Below the pieces are notes generated by a model. The model was not told the origin of the DNA and made no database searches. It saw nothing but the letters and a program-made list of their open reading frames with translations. From the NCBI GenBank assembly GCA_016235665.1, contig JACRJI010000013.1, positions 143,095 through 207,094 of the forward strand: 64,000 bases of DNA, written 5' to 3'. Both the position numbers and the translations under genes were made by a program. Within the stretch, counting starts at the first letter, position 1; each line of letters opens with the position of its first letter. Source of the DNA: a candidate division TA06 bacterium (GTDB taxonomy: Bacteria > Edwardsbacteria > AC1 > EtOH8). Below, in pieces: positions 20,598 through 31,653 of the stretch.

Positions 20598-22229
20598 ATG
20601 TCCCAACAAAGGCATGACATAAACAAGGATCAGCGGCACCTGGAGGTGATGTCGGCTTGGGTGCGCTGGGCGGTGCTGTTCCTGGCGGCGCTGCTGACGG
20701 CGGTGCATCCCGAACAATTGGATTACAGAGGGCTGGGACTGATAATCGTTCTTGCTCTGGCGGCGGTTTACAACCTGCTGATAATCCTGGCCGGGGCCAA
20801 GGTCTTTGATATCTTAAGGCGCCAGCCCATCACCCTGATATTTGATCTGGTATTTGCCACACTGCTGATAGCATTTACCGGGGGCAGTCTAAGCCGGTTC
20901 TTCTATCTTTATTACCTGGCAGTGATCTGGGCGGCCCTGCTGGGGAACCGCCAGGGGGCCCTAAAAACTGCCGGCGCTTCTATCATATTATATATTTCAG
21001 TGGTGGCCTGGCGCCGGGAATTGTCTTGGGACCAATTGTTTTTGTACGACCTGTTCTTTAAGATAGGGTTGCTGTCCCTGACCGCCTTTTGGGCTGGGTT
21101 TCTTTCCGATCAGCAAAAACTCTGGCGCCGCCGTCATCAGGAGCTAAGTCAGGCGGCAGATGAGCTGACCCGCACCGCCTCCAACATCCAGTCGGTGGCC
21201 ATGTTCGGCATTGGGGCGCTGATCTCTTCATCCAAGAACATTGAGGAAACCCTGGGTCTGACCCTGGATGCCATAGAGGACATTGTAAAATCTGACCGCT
21301 GTTCCATCCTGTTGCTGGAATTCGGCACCAGGGAACTGGTACTGCGGGCAGCCCGGGGGATGAGGGCCGGGATGGTGGGCAAACTAAGACTGAAAGCCGA
21401 TCAAGGTATAGCCGGAGAAGTTTTGAAGACGGGAATTCCCAAGAACGTTCCCGACACCGATCTGGAGCCGATGTTCGTGCCATCGCCCAAGGGATACGAC
21501 AAGATCCGCTCCATGCTGGTGGTCCCTCTGATGGTCCGGGAAAAAAGGCTGGGAGTGATCAATATATCCGAGGTCAAGGGCAAAAGGGAGTTCACCTCCG
21601 GCGAGCTGGAGGCCATAAAGCTGATAGCCGATTACGCGGCCCTGGCCCTGGAGAACGCGGGCATCATGGAAGAGAAGGAGCGTGAGGCCACCACCGACGG
21701 TTTGACGGGGCTTTATAACTACCGCTATTTTTGGGAAGAACTTTTGGATTTAATGAAAGATGAACAGCAGCATCCCCTGTCCCTGATCTGGATGGACCTG
21801 GATCATTTCAAGGAATACAACGACGTCTTTGGCCACCTTAAAGGCAGCGAGATACTGAAGAGGATGGGCGATATGATCGGGACGGCCCTGGCCGGACAGT
21901 CTTCAGTGGTCTGCCGCTATGGCGGCGATGAATTTGCGGTTATTCTTAAAAACTCAGACCGGGGCCAGGCCTGCAGGGCAGCTGAGGCCATAAGGCTTTC
22001 CATCTACAGGACAGAATTCTCCCAAACCCGGCCAGGCGGGAAAAAACTTTCAGCCAGCTTGGGGGTGGCCGTTTTCCCGGGCGACGCCAAGGAAGGAAGA
22101 GAACTGATAGAAAAGGCCGATCAGGCCATGTATTTTGCCAAAGAACAGGGCAAGAACAGAGTGGCTTACTGGGATCGGGAAAAAATAAGTCTGACAAATG
22201 GATCAAAACATAAAAAGCAAATAAAATAA
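20598..22229 (+). CDS. membrane-anchored GAF-GGDEF diguanylate cyclase
   Basis: About 5 N-terminal TM helices, a GAF domain, and a GGDEF domain with an intact RYGGDEF active site. The upstream part of track ORF 20487 overlaps the preceding gene. ATG at 20598 chosen. Confidence 0.8.
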   Translation: MSQQRHDINKDQRHLEVMSAWVRWAVLFLAALLTAVHPEQLDYRGLGLIIVLALAAVYNLLIILAGAKVFDILRRQPITLIFDLVFATLLIAFTGGSLSRFFYLYYLAVIWAALLGNRQGALKTAGASIILYISVVAWRRELSWDQLFLYDLFFKIGLLSLTAFWAGFLSDQQKLWRRRHQELSQAADELTRTASNIQSVAMFGIGALISSSKNIEETLGLTLDAIEDIVKSDRCSILLLEFGTRELVLRAARGMRAGMVGKLRLKADQGIAGEVLKTGIPKNVPDTDLEPMFVPSPKGYDKIRSMLVVPLMVREKRLGVINISEVKGKREFTSGELEAIKLIADYAALALENAGIMEEKEREATTDGLTGLYNYRYFWEELLDLMKDEQQHPLSLIWMDLDHFKEYNDVFGHLKGSEILKRMGDMIGTALAGQSSVVCRYGGDEFAVILKNSDRGQACRAAEAIRLSIYRTEFSQTRPGGKKLSASLGVAVFPGDAKEGRELIEKADQAMYFAKEQGKNRVAYWDREKISLTNGSKHKKQIK

Positions 22230-22257
22230 TCATTCAATATAAAATTCGGAGAAGATC

Positions 22258-23541
22258 ATGAAATTAGCAGTAGTGGGGACCGGATATGTGGGCCTGGTCT
22301 CCGGAGTTTGTTTCGCGGAATGGGGGCATCAGGTGATCTGCGTAGACAACGACGCGTCAAAGATCGAAATGCTTAAAAATGGACAGATACCGATATACGA
22401 ACCGGGGCTGAAGGAACTGATGGATAAGAACCTGGCCCGCCTGTCCTTTACCACTTCCATTGAAGAAGCCACCGACCAATCCGATATCATCTTCATTGCC
22501 GTGGGTACGCCGCCCCGGCCCAACGGGGAGGCCGATCTTTCCGCAGTGGAGTCAGTGGCCGCAACCGTGGCCCGCCGGATGAAAAGCTACAAGCTGGTGG
22601 TGGAAAAATCAACCGTGCCGGTGCAGACCGGCGACCAGGTCAAAAGAACCATGGCCCAGAACAATGTGAACAAAGTGGAATTTGACGTGGCCTCCAACCC
22701 GGAATTCCTGAGGGAGGGCACGGCCATAGAGGATTCCTTAAAGCCAGACCGGGTGGTGTTCGGCACCGACTCCGAGAGGGCCCAAAAAATGCTGATGGAA
22801 CTGTACAGCCCCTTGGGCTGCCCCATTGTGGCCACCGACATCCAGAGCTCGGAGCTGATCAAACACGCCTCCAATTCATTCCTGGCCATGAAGATCTCGT
22901 TCATTAATGCGGTCTCGGTGGTTTGCGAAAAATCGGGAGCCAACGTAGAGGAGGTAGCCTATGGCATGGGCTTGGACAAAAGGATCGGCAGAAGCTTTCT
23001 GAACGCCGGCATCGGCTTCGGAGGTTTCTGCTTCCCCAAGGACCTTCAGGCTTTCATCCGGATCTCGGAAAAGCTGGGCTACGATTTCAAACTGCTGAAG
23101 GAGGTCGAGGGGATCAACGACCAGCAGAAGATGAATTTCGTCAAAAAAATTGAAGAGACGGTATGGAATATTTCGGGCAAGACCATCGGCATCCTGGGGC
23201 TGGCCTTTAAGCCCAATACCGACGACATGCGGTTCGCCCCGTCCATCGAGATTATCGAAGCCCTGCAAAGGGACGGAGCCAAGATCAAGGCCTACGATCC
23301 GGTGTCCATGGACCGGGCCAAGCAGGTGTTGAAGGACGTTCAATACTGCGACAATCCCTACGATGTCGCCAGTGATGCCGACTGCCTGGCCATAGTCACC
23401 GAATGGGATGAATTTAAAAAACTTGATTTGGCCAAGATCAGAACAATGCTGAAGGTTCCGGCCATAGTGGACGGGCGTAATATCTTCGATCCTTTCAAAA
23501 TGAAGGAAATGGGCTTCACTTACAAGGGGATCGGCAGATGA
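22258..23541 (+). CDS. ugd: UDP-glucose 6-dehydrogenase
   Basis: [29 protein letters not shown]-binding N-terminus. Catalytic Cys context ([10 protein letters not shown]). UDPG/MGDP dehydrogenase family architecture. Confidence 0.85.
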   Translation: MKLAVVGTGYVGLVSGVCFAEWGHQVICVDNDASKIEMLKNGQIPIYEPGLKELMDKNLARLSFTTSIEEATDQSDIIFIAVGTPPRPNGEADLSAVESVAATVARRMKSYKLVVEKSTVPVQTGDQVKRTMAQNNVNKVEFDVASNPEFLREGTAIEDSLKPDRVVFGTDSERAQKMLMELYSPLGCPIVATDIQSSELIKHASNSFLAMKISFINAVSVVCEKSGANVEEVAYGMGLDKRIGRSFLNAGIGFGGFCFPKDLQAFIRISEKLGYDFKLLKEVEGINDQQKMNFVKKIEETVWNISGKTIGILGLAFKPNTDDMRFAPSIEIIEALQRDGAKIKAYDPVSMDRAKQVLKDVQYCDNPYDVASDADCLAIVTEWDEFKKLDLAKIRTMLKVPAIVDGRNIFDPFKMKEMGFTYKGIGR

Positions 23542-24494
23542 GGATCATTGTGGCCGGAGGGGCCGGCTTTTTGGGCTCCCACCTTTGCGACCGGCTGCTG
23601 GCTGATGGGCACCAAGTGATAGCGCTGGACAACCTGGTCACCGGGAGTCTGGAGAACATCAGCCACCTGCAGGGCCGGAGCGATTTCAGTTTCATCAAAC
23701 AGGATGTGACCAAGCTATTCCGGATCGAAGAGCCGGTGGATTTCGTCTTTGATCTGGCTTCGCCCGCCAGCCCCATTGATTTTGTGAAAATTCCAATTGA
23801 GATTCTGCTGGTGGGATCATACGGCGTGCATAATCTGCTGGAGCTGGCCCGGGAGAAGAGGGCCGGGTTCCTTTTAACATCTACCTCCGAGGTTTATGGC
23901 GATCCCATGGTGCATCCCCAGGGTGAGGATTACTGGGGCAACGTCAATCCTATCGGTCCGCGCAGCGTCTATGACGAGTCCAAACGCTATGCCGAGGCCA
24001 TGACTATGGCTTATCAACGGTTCCATCAGGTCGACACCAGGATCGTCAGAATATTCAACACCTACGGGCCGCGGATGCGGTTGGACGACGGGAGAGTGGT
24101 GCCTGCGCTGATAGACCAGGCCCGGCATAACCGCCCGCTGACGGTATTCGGCGATGGCAGCCAAACCCGCAGTTTTTGTTATGTCTCGGACCTGATCGAG
24201 GGTATCTATTTGACAATGAAATCGGCGGAGCACCAGCCGATAAACCTGGGCAACCCCCACGAGATGTCCATACTGGAATTCGCCCGGGACATTCAAAAAT
24301 ACACCGGCACCAAAGCCCCGATCGAGCATAAGCCCCTGCCGGCCGATGATCCCAAGGTTCGAAGACCGGATATCGGCAGGGCCAGGAAGATCCTGAACTG
24401 GGAGCCGGCGGTCGGCTTTGAAGAAGGGATAAAAAAGACAATAGAGTGGTTCGCCAATAAAAACAACAATAACAAAACAGATGTTTCCGGTTAA
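23538..24494 (+). CDS. UDP-glucuronate decarboxylase (UDP-xylose synthase-like) SDR
   Basis: [20 protein letters not shown] Rossmann fold, YxxxK (YDESKRY), very similar in layout to UXS/ArnA-C-terminal decarboxylases. 4-nt overlap with ugd. Confidence 0.75.
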   Translation: MRIIVAGGAGFLGSHLCDRLLADGHQVIALDNLVTGSLENISHLQGRSDFSFIKQDVTKLFRIEEPVDFVFDLASPASPIDFVKIPIEILLVGSYGVHNLLELAREKRAGFLLTSTSEVYGDPMVHPQGEDYWGNVNPIGPRSVYDESKRYAEAMTMAYQRFHQVDTRIVRIFNTYGPRMRLDDGRVVPALIDQARHNRPLTVFGDGSQTRSFCYVSDLIEGIYLTMKSAEHQPINLGNPHEMSILEFARDIQKYTGTKAPIEHKPLPADDPKVRRPDIGRARKILNWEPAVGFEEGIKKTIEWFANKNNNNKTDVSG

Positions 24495-26061
24495 AAAAGC
24501 CACCGGGTATCTGATCTTGGGTCTGATACTGTTGATCGGTCTGGTGTTGAGGATGGATGGCTTAAAATGGGGGATCCCGAAGGCGCCGTACTGGAGGTCT
24601 TACCATCCTGATGAAAGGGTAGCCTTTTATACTCTGCTGGAGATGACTACTTCCAACGGATCCCTCAATCCCCATTATTTTATCAACCCCACCTTTCATT
24701 ATTACCTGATAGGATCGGTCTGGTGGGCGGCAAAAATCATTAAATTAGTGCCTTCAGCTAAGGATATTGTAAACGAATCTCCTTCGGTAACCCTGGATGA
24801 TGTAACCAATATCTGGCTGTTGGCCCGTTCCATCAGCGTAGTGCTGGGAGTTCTGACGATTTGGCTGACCTTTCTTTTGGGCCGGGAGTTCTTTGAAAAT
24901 GATACTTATGCTCTGGCCGGAGCCTGGATGACAGCTGTTATGCCTACCATGGTGGTGCAGTCACATTATTTGACGGTCGACGGGCCAGTGGGATTCTGGT
25001 TTGTGGCGGCATTGTTGTTGATGATCAGGGCTTTCAGAAACGGGAGAATGTGGGGGTGGGCTGCCGCCGGTCTGGTAGCAGGAATCTCGATGGCCACCAA
25101 GTACAACGCCCTGGCTGGCATCATACCGGTATTTACAGCTCTTTTGATCCGGCAGATAATGAACCGTGATGAGAAGGTCGAGAAGATGCCTATCAGGGCT
25201 CTGATTTTTGCATCCTGCCTGATAACAGGTTTTTTACTAGGGTGTCCATATGCGGTGCTTTCCTTCAGCGAGTGGAAAGAGGGGATCAATGGTTTGATGT
25301 ATTACAACGTTTTGCCCACCCAATGGCTTTATCCCTGGTTTGTCACCAGCCGCCTTTCCCTGGGCTGGCCGTGTTGGGTAATGTTACTGGTCTCCCTGAC
25401 AGCAATTTTCATAAAACCTGATAAAACGGGGATTGTTCTTGCAGCCGGTGTATTTCCATTATTTCTGATCTACGGCTACAAGGCTTCGCCTTTTATGCGG
25501 CACATGGTACTGTTAGTACCCCTGATGATATTACTGATAATATATGCTTTCAAGAAAGGCGGCGAATATTTCAGAAATCGTAGTTTTAAAATAATGGCTG
25601 GAGGGTTAATCTTTTTGACATCACTTTATGCCTTGGCTAACAGCCTGGCCTGGGTAAAGGTGATGTCCGGACAGGATACCAGGGAGGAAGCGGCAGAATA
25701 CCTCATTCAAAGCGTACCTATAGGTTCGAATATTGGTTTGGCCGGGAGGTCCTGGTTCTATACTCCGCCCTTGGAGGAGGACCAATATAATCTTGTCCGT
25801 TTGGAATACAATCCGGACAAGCTTGGCTATTTATCTCCACAGCTGGTTGTGATAAGTGAATACGAATCAAAACAATACGCCTTTTGCCGGGTGGCTCCCG
25901 AGGTACGGGAGAGCTTTTTCAAAATGTTCAATGAACGTTACCATGTAAAAAAGACATTTAGAAGAATTCCTCAGTACTGTGGAATAAAATTCGATGACTA
26001 TCCTCTGGCCGACTGGAATTATTTTTATCCCGAGATAACAATTTACGAAAGGACCTATTAA
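24481..26061 (+). CDS. GT-C fold polytopic membrane glycosyltransferase (ArnT/PMT-like, GT39/GT83 family)
   Basis: About 12 TM helices with an N-terminal periplasmic-loop acidic motif (YHPDERVAF), soluble C-terminal domain. Confidence 0.6.
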   Translation: MFPVKKATGYLILGLILLIGLVLRMDGLKWGIPKAPYWRSYHPDERVAFYTLLEMTTSNGSLNPHYFINPTFHYYLIGSVWWAAKIIKLVPSAKDIVNESPSVTLDDVTNIWLLARSISVVLGVLTIWLTFLLGREFFENDTYALAGAWMTAVMPTMVVQSHYLTVDGPVGFWFVAALLLMIRAFRNGRMWGWAAAGLVAGISMATKYNALAGIIPVFTALLIRQIMNRDEKVEKMPIRALIFASCLITGFLLGCPYAVLSFSEWKEGINGLMYYNVLPTQWLYPWFVTSRLSLGWPCWVMLLVSLTAIFIKPDKTGIVLAAGVFPLFLIYGYKASPFMRHMVLLVPLMILLIIYAFKKGGEYFRNRSFKIMAGGLIFLTSLYALANSLAWVKVMSGQDTREEAAEYLIQSVPIGSNIGLAGRSWFYTPPLEEDQYNLVRLEYNPDKLGYLSPQLVVISEYESKQYAFCRVAPEVRESFFKMFNERYHVKKTFRRIPQYCGIKFDDYPLADWNYFYPEITIYERTY

Positions 26062-26741
26062 TGAGGCTTTCAGTGATCATGCCGGTTTATAATGAAAAGG
26101 CCACCATCGAAAAAATAATATCCCGGGTCCAGGACGTTCCAGTTGAGAAGGAACTGGTGATTGTGGACGACTATTCCAACGACGGCACACGGGAGATTCT
26201 TAAAAATTATGAAGGGAAGCCGGGCATCAAGATATGCTGGCATCCCCACAACCTGGGCAAAGGGGCCGGCGTTCGCACCGGTATTCGGGAATGCACCGGA
26301 GATTACATCATCATTCAGGATGCCGATCTGGAATATGACCCAAATGATGTTTTACACATGGTTCAGATTGCCCAGTTAAAAAATGCCGATGTTGTTTTTG
26401 GCAACAGATTTATGGGCCTTCACACAGGACTTTATTTTTGGAATGCCCTGGCCAACAAGTTTTTAACTTTCATGACCAATCTGGTCTATAATGCCTGGAT
26501 TGAGGATATGGAAACCTGTTATAAGCTGGTGCGCCGGGAAAAATTGCAACGATTGACGTTGAAAAGCAAAGGGTTTGACATAGAACCCGAGATAACCGGC
26601 AAACTGCTCAAACAGAAATTGAAGATATATGAAGTCCCCATCTCATACGATGGGCGGACCTATGAGGAAGGAAAGAAGATACGTGCCCGTGACGGAATCA
26701 TCGCCCTGTATACTTTACTAAAATATCGTTTCATAGATTAA
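26061..26741 (+). CDS. GT2 glycosyltransferase, DPM1/ArnC-like polyprenyl-phosphate sugar transferase (soluble form)
   Basis: SVIMPVYNE, VIVDDYSNDGT and QDADLEYDP motifs of GT-A polyprenol-phosphate glycosyltransferases. Confidence 0.75.
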   Translation: MRLSVIMPVYNEKATIEKIISRVQDVPVEKELVIVDDYSNDGTREILKNYEGKPGIKICWHPHNLGKGAGVRTGIRECTGDYIIIQDADLEYDPNDVLHMVQIAQLKNADVVFGNRFMGLHTGLYFWNALANKFLTFMTNLVYNAWIEDMETCYKLVRREKLQRLTLKSKGFDIEPEITGKLLKQKLKIYEVPISYDGRTYEEGKKIRARDGIIALYTLLKYRFID

Positions 26742-26758
26742 CATTATAAAAAGGTCGT

Positions 26759-27679
26759 ATGCTTAATAAAGTCACTACCATCAGGCAGGAAAAGGAAAAA
26801 GAATTTGTTGTCTGCAACAACTGTGGATCAAATCAACCGGTAAAATGCTTCGTCATTCAGGGGTTTCAAATAGTGGACTGCACCAAATGCGGTTTGCGTT
26901 ATGTGAACCCCCGATTGACCTCTGAAGCCATTAAGGTTCTCTACACTATTGATTATTTTAAAAGTGACGACTCAGTAGTGTATGGGTATGATGATTACAT
27001 CGCTGAACATGATACCATAATAAAAACATTCCAAAAACGCTGGAATAAATTGTCCGGTTATCTCCCCAAAACCGGTTCAATGCTTGATATTGGTGCCGCC
27101 TGTGGTTTTCTGATGGAAGTGGCCAAATATAACGGCTGGCAGTCCCGGGGGCTTGAAGTATCAGCCGATATGGCGAAGTTGGGCCATGATCAATACGGGC
27201 ATGATATTATGGTAGGGGCTCTCACGCACCCCGAACTTCAGCCCTCCAGTTATGATCTGATCACTATGTGGGATACCATAGAACACTCCCCGGATCCGGT
27301 TGGCGACTTGAAAAGAATTGGGAGATTGCTGAAACCCGGCGGTGTTTTGTCACTGATCACTCCAGATAGCGGAAGCCTGCATGCTAGAATATTCGGATCA
27401 AAATGGGTTGAATATCAGCGGCCACAGGAACATATCTATTTTTTCTCTCATCAATTGCTTGAAAAAATATTAAAACAGAATGGATTTGAAATCGCATGGT
27501 CCGGTACTGCCGGTAAATATGTAAGTTGGAAGTTTGCCCTGAACAGATTGCGCTGTTATTGGCCGGGTCTTATAAAAGTAGCAGAGTGGATCATGAAAAA
27601 AACAGGTATATATGAAACATTTACGTATATTGATCCCAAAGATAAGATGTCCATAGTGGCCAGAAAGAAAAAGGGGTAG
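26759..27679 (+). CDS. class I SAM-dependent methyltransferase with N-terminal CxxC...CxxC zinc ribbon
   Basis: CNNCGS...CTKCG zinc ribbon followed by a Methyltransf_11/23-like fold (LDIGAACGFLME, motif I). Confidence 0.7.
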   Translation: MLNKVTTIRQEKEKEFVVCNNCGSNQPVKCFVIQGFQIVDCTKCGLRYVNPRLTSEAIKVLYTIDYFKSDDSVVYGYDDYIAEHDTIIKTFQKRWNKLSGYLPKTGSMLDIGAACGFLMEVAKYNGWQSRGLEVSADMAKLGHDQYGHDIMVGALTHPELQPSSYDLITMWDTIEHSPDPVGDLKRIGRLLKPGGVLSLITPDSGSLHARIFGSKWVEYQRPQEHIYFFSHQLLEKILKQNGFEIAWSGTAGKYVSWKFALNRLRCYWPGLIKVAEWIMKKTGIYETFTYIDPKDKMSIVARKKKG

Positions 27680-27682
27680 CAG

Positions 27683-29338
27683 ATGGGCCGGAAATCAAAA
27701 CAGAATAAAACAGCTGCACCCCTTGCAGCACCCAAAGGCAAATTGCACCGATTAACGGGCTTTATTGAAAACCATCGTCTATTAGTGTTGTTCGCATGTT
27801 TAGTCATCGTGCTGTTGGCGGCTCTGATATCTTTTGATCCTAAACAATCCACTGGTGGTGATAACGGCACCTATATTTCCCTGACCCGGTCTTTGCTGGA
27901 TGGAAAGGGTTATCGTGATCTGTATATGCCGGGCGAACCGTACCATCACCAATACCCTTTTGGATATCCCTTATTGTTGGCAGCGATCGGCGCTTTTTTT
28001 AACCAATCATTTTTGATGTATAATATATTTTCGGTAATCTGCCTGATCGCAGGTTGTTGGGTAGTGTATGGATTAATGCACCGTTTATCCGGGAGCGAGG
28101 GTGATTGGCGGTCAGTATTACCGGTGACGATTGTGTTGCTGACAGGGCTAAATCCTTCTCTGCTTGAATTCTCACACTTGGCCCTGACAGAGATCCCGTA
28201 TTGTTTTTTTAGTTTGACTGGTTTGTTGCTGATCCTGCGGTCTGAACGCGAGCAGGGACTGTCCTATGTGTTATTGATCTTGGGACTAATTGTTTCGGCC
28301 TACAGCTATTATATTCGCCCCAACGGCATAACCTTACTTGGAGCGATAGTGATATATTTTATGTTTCGACGCAATTGGAAGGCGGTGATAATTACCGCAA
28401 TCGGAGCGTTGATTTTGTTGCTGCCTTGGACCGTTTACAACCACCAAACCGGTAGCGGTATGGGACAATCGGTAAGCATATTTTTCACCAAGGATGTTTA
28501 TAATCTTGACGCTGGAAGATTGGGATTTTTTGATATGTTGGGGCGGATGGTGGAAAATTGGCAAATATATTTCGGGTCTGTTTTACCGGCCATGTTTTTG
28601 CCGGTGGCTGGGACAGCGATCTCCGGTTTAGCCGGAGGCGGTAGAATTGCCGTTGCTGTGATCTGCTTCGGAATACTTATGACCGGCATAGTGACACAAT
28701 GGCGCCGGCAAGGGGTGCTTATTGGTTTGTATCTGACTGGGTATATACTTTTGACTTTAGTTTGGCATCCCACGGTCAGCAGCGACCGCTATCTTGTCCC
28801 GGTATATCCGTTGTTGTTATATTTTAGTTTATTTGGAGTAATTTGGCTGACGAACCAAATTGATGTTGTTTTAACCAAAGCAGTCATACCAGTACTGACG
28901 ATGATACTGCTGATAGCCGCAGCGGCCATTATTCTTCCCGAGGTAGCCAGCAATATGGAGATGCAGTCCGCCTACCGTAAGGGAGACCATCTGGCCGGAT
29001 ACGATCCGGCCTGGCGCAGTTTCTTCACCGCCGCGGAGTGGGTCAAAGCCAGCACCACGGAAAACAGCATCGTGGTTTCCCGCAAACCATCATTGTTCTT
29101 CCTTTCAGCTCAGAGGAAAACATTCTGCTATCCTTTCACCGCCAACCGGGATTCGGTTTTGAAAGTGATAGACCGGGCCGATTACGTGATGGTGGAACCG
29201 GTCAGCGGCACCGGGCAAAAATACCTGATCCCGGCCATCCAGCCGCTGCTGGACAAGAAATATAAAATCATATATGCCCAGGGCGAACCGCCCACCTATG
29301 TACTGCAGATAATAAAGGAGAATCCCAATGCCAGATAA
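27683..29338 (+). CDS. GT-C fold polytopic membrane glycosyltransferase (ArnT/PMT_2-like)
   Basis: Multiple TM helices, first periplasmic loop with D-x-Y motifs (GDNGTYISLTRSLLDGKGYRD), C-terminal soluble domain. Confidence 0.6.
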   Translation: MGRKSKQNKTAAPLAAPKGKLHRLTGFIENHRLLVLFACLVIVLLAALISFDPKQSTGGDNGTYISLTRSLLDGKGYRDLYMPGEPYHHQYPFGYPLLLAAIGAFFNQSFLMYNIFSVICLIAGCWVVYGLMHRLSGSEGDWRSVLPVTIVLLTGLNPSLLEFSHLALTEIPYCFFSLTGLLLILRSEREQGLSYVLLILGLIVSAYSYYIRPNGITLLGAIVIYFMFRRNWKAVIITAIGALILLLPWTVYNHQTGSGMGQSVSIFFTKDVYNLDAGRLGFFDMLGRMVENWQIYFGSVLPAMFLPVAGTAISGLAGGGRIAVAVICFGILMTGIVTQWRRQGVLIGLYLTGYILLTLVWHPTVSSDRYLVPVYPLLLYFSLFGVIWLTNQIDVVLTKAVIPVLTMILLIAAAAIILPEVASNMEMQSAYRKGDHLAGYDPAWRSFFTAAEWVKASTTENSIVVSRKPSLFFLSAQRKTFCYPFTANRDSVLKVIDRADYVMVEPVSGTGQKYLIPAIQPLLDKKYKIIYAQGEPPTYVLQIIKENPNAR

Positions 29339-30287
29339 GATCAATCTCTCGGTGGTGATTCCGGTCTACAACGAGGAAGAGAACATAGCCGAACTTTCAT
29401 CGCGGCTAACCAAGGTTTGTCAGTCCCTGGGAAAAAGCTACGAAATACTGTATGTGGACGATGGAAGCAGGGACGGGACGCTTGAAGCCATTAAAAAAGC
29501 AAAGTTGAAGGATAATAATATTTATGCAATCAGCCTGGCTAAAAACTTTGGCAAGTCGGGTGCCTATGCCGCCGGCTTCCATGAAGCCAAAGGGGACGTG
29601 ATAATCACCATGGACGGTGACCTTCAGGACCGGCCAGAACAGATCCCGGATTTTCTTAAAAAGATCGAAGAGGGATACGACCTGGTCACCGGCTGGAAGT
29701 ATACCGGGAAGGGGAAAAGGGCTTTGTCTTCAATCCTTTTCAACGGTCTGGTGCAAAGGCTCACTAAACTCAGAAGTATTCATGATACAAATTGTCCCTT
29801 TAAGGCCTACAAAGCCGAGATCGTAAGCAGCCGGGAAGAGAACAAGAACGCGGGATTGTGGATCTATGGCAATCTATACCGCTTCATTCCAGCCATGGCC
29901 TTTTGGAAGGGTTACCGGGTGACCGAGATCAAAGTTGAGAATGATCCCCGCCGATACGGGCATACAAAATACGGGCCAACTAGATTTGTCGGAGGATTTT
30001 TAGATCTCTTAACTATTGTATTTATCACCCAATACATAAAAAGACCTTTATATTTTTTTGCAATGATTGGTTTGTCCCTTCTATGCACCGGATTTTTATT
30101 TGACTTAGGCATAGTCCTATATGGCATTGTTTATGAAGGCAGGGTTGGCCATTTTGCAATGTTGATTTTGGGTCTTATTTGCATAGTGATTGGCATCCAG
30201 TTCATTTTTACGGGACTGCTGGCGGAAATGATAGTCCGCCTGCATCAGGAACAGCGAAGAGATATTCCTGTTTACAGGAAACAATAA
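29328..30287 (+). CDS. GT2 glycosyltransferase, ArnC/GtrB-like undecaprenyl-phosphate sugar transferase with C-terminal TM helices
   Basis: LSVVIPVYNEEENI, YVDDGSRDGT, MDGDLQDRPEQIP plus two C-terminal TM helices, as in ArnC/GtrB. Confidence 0.8.
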   Translation: MPDKINLSVVIPVYNEEENIAELSSRLTKVCQSLGKSYEILYVDDGSRDGTLEAIKKAKLKDNNIYAISLAKNFGKSGAYAAGFHEAKGDVIITMDGDLQDRPEQIPDFLKKIEEGYDLVTGWKYTGKGKRALSSILFNGLVQRLTKLRSIHDTNCPFKAYKAEIVSSREENKNAGLWIYGNLYRFIPAMAFWKGYRVTEIKVENDPRRYGHTKYGPTRFVGGFLDLLTIVFITQYIKRPLYFFAMIGLSLLCTGFLFDLGIVLYGIVYEGRVGHFAMLILGLICIVIGIQFIFTGLLAEMIVRLHQEQRRDIPVYRKQ

Positions 30288-30302
30288 TCTTTCGCAATAT
30301 AT

Positions 30303-31646
30303 TTGTTATTGGTGAAGAAAATATTTAAAAATCATTTTTTGCTGTTAGTTTTAACTGCGGCAAGCTTTTTTGCTTACAATGGACAGGACCTTCCTGATTA
30401 CGACGATGCGGCCATAACTTACCGCTATGCCGAAAACCTCGCGTCAGGCAATGGGTTTGTATATAACGTTGGGGAAAGGGTGCTGGGAACGACCACGCCG
30501 CTGTTCACTTTGTTGTTGGCGCTGGGAATAAAGCTGGGGACAAAGGTTCACTTGGTGTCTGCAATATTTTCTTTTCTATCCCTGGCTGCATCGGTATTGC
30601 TGTTATACCGCAAAAGCAATCTTCCCGGGAAGTTCTTTGTATTGTTTCTGCTTAATGTCCAGATAATGATAGGCGCGACCTGCGGAATGGAATGCGGGTT
30701 GTATTTTTTAATAGCATTGGCTGTTTTTTTGCTTTGGCAGGGCAAACACTATCTTTGGTCCGGTTTGGCAGGGGGGCTGGCTATGCTGACAAGGCCTGAC
30801 GGTATATTGGTGATTATTGCGCTCTTGGCTGCCTCTTTTTGGTCAGTTAAAAAGGGGATATCAGGGAAGCCTCTTTTACTGCTGTTGCTGGGTTTTTCGA
30901 TTGTGGCCGCTCCATGGCTGGTGTTCAGCTGGAGGTATTTTGGCGATATCCTGCCGATGAGTTTTTATGCCAAGGTCCACGGAGGGGTGAATGTTGATAT
31001 CCTATGGAGTCTTATTTACAAAAGCTTTTATCTGGTGCCATTTTTCATCATGGGGTTTTATTCCATGATGAAAAAGGCAAAGCAGGGGTGCTATGAGATC
31101 AGATTTTACCTGGCTGTCTGGTTCGTTCTTTATGCCCTGGCCTTCATCTTGATGAATCTGACCGAGAGAATGGTGTGGTATGTTTACCCGTTGGAAATGA
31201 TATATGTGTTGTTCTCATTGGACGGCTTGCAAATGGCTGGGCGTGCGATTGGTCACAGAAAAATACGCCCGGTCTGGCTGTTCGTTCCCTTTATCGCTGT
31301 TGCATTGTCATTTTACGGGTACGGACTCTACACCTATCACCGCTGGTTGAACGGGAAGGAAACAGCCAAGATTGAAGCCGGAGTCTGGTTATCTCAGAAT
31401 ACCCCCCAAAACGCCGTGGTGGCATGCCATACATCTCTGGGACAGGTGGGGTATTATTCCCGGAGAAAGATGGTGGACAATGCCGGATTGATAAATCCAA
31501 AATACGATTTTGAAACATTGATAAAAACATACCAGCCGGATTATATAAAAAGCCAGAAAGTGCTCAGCTTTTCCGGTTACATATTGGTTTATTGCCAGCC
31601 CATCAAAGGATTTGATGATTATATGATGATATATCAACGTATTTGA
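30303..31646 (+). CDS. polytopic membrane protein, putative GT-C-type glycosyltransferase
   Basis: TTG start per track. 10-12 TM helices. N-terminal DDAxITYRYAENLASGNGFVYN motif typical of some GT-C families. Final gene of the glycosylation cluster. Confidence 0.45.
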   Translation: MLLVKKIFKNHFLLLVLTAASFFAYNGQDLPDYDDAAITYRYAENLASGNGFVYNVGERVLGTTTPLFTLLLALGIKLGTKVHLVSAIFSFLSLAASVLLLYRKSNLPGKFFVLFLLNVQIMIGATCGMECGLYFLIALAVFLLWQGKHYLWSGLAGGLAMLTRPDGILVIIALLAASFWSVKKGISGKPLLLLLLGFSIVAAPWLVFSWRYFGDILPMSFYAKVHGGVNVDILWSLIYKSFYLVPFFIMGFYSMMKKAKQGCYEIRFYLAVWFVLYALAFILMNLTERMVWYVYPLEMIYVLFSLDGLQMAGRAIGHRKIRPVWLFVPFIAVALSFYGYGLYTYHRWLNGKETAKIEAGVWLSQNTPQNAVVACHTSLGQVGYYSRRKMVDNAGLINPKYDFETLIKTYQPDYIKSQKVLSFSGYILVYCQPIKGFDDYMMIYQRI

Positions 31647-31653
31647 AGGATTC

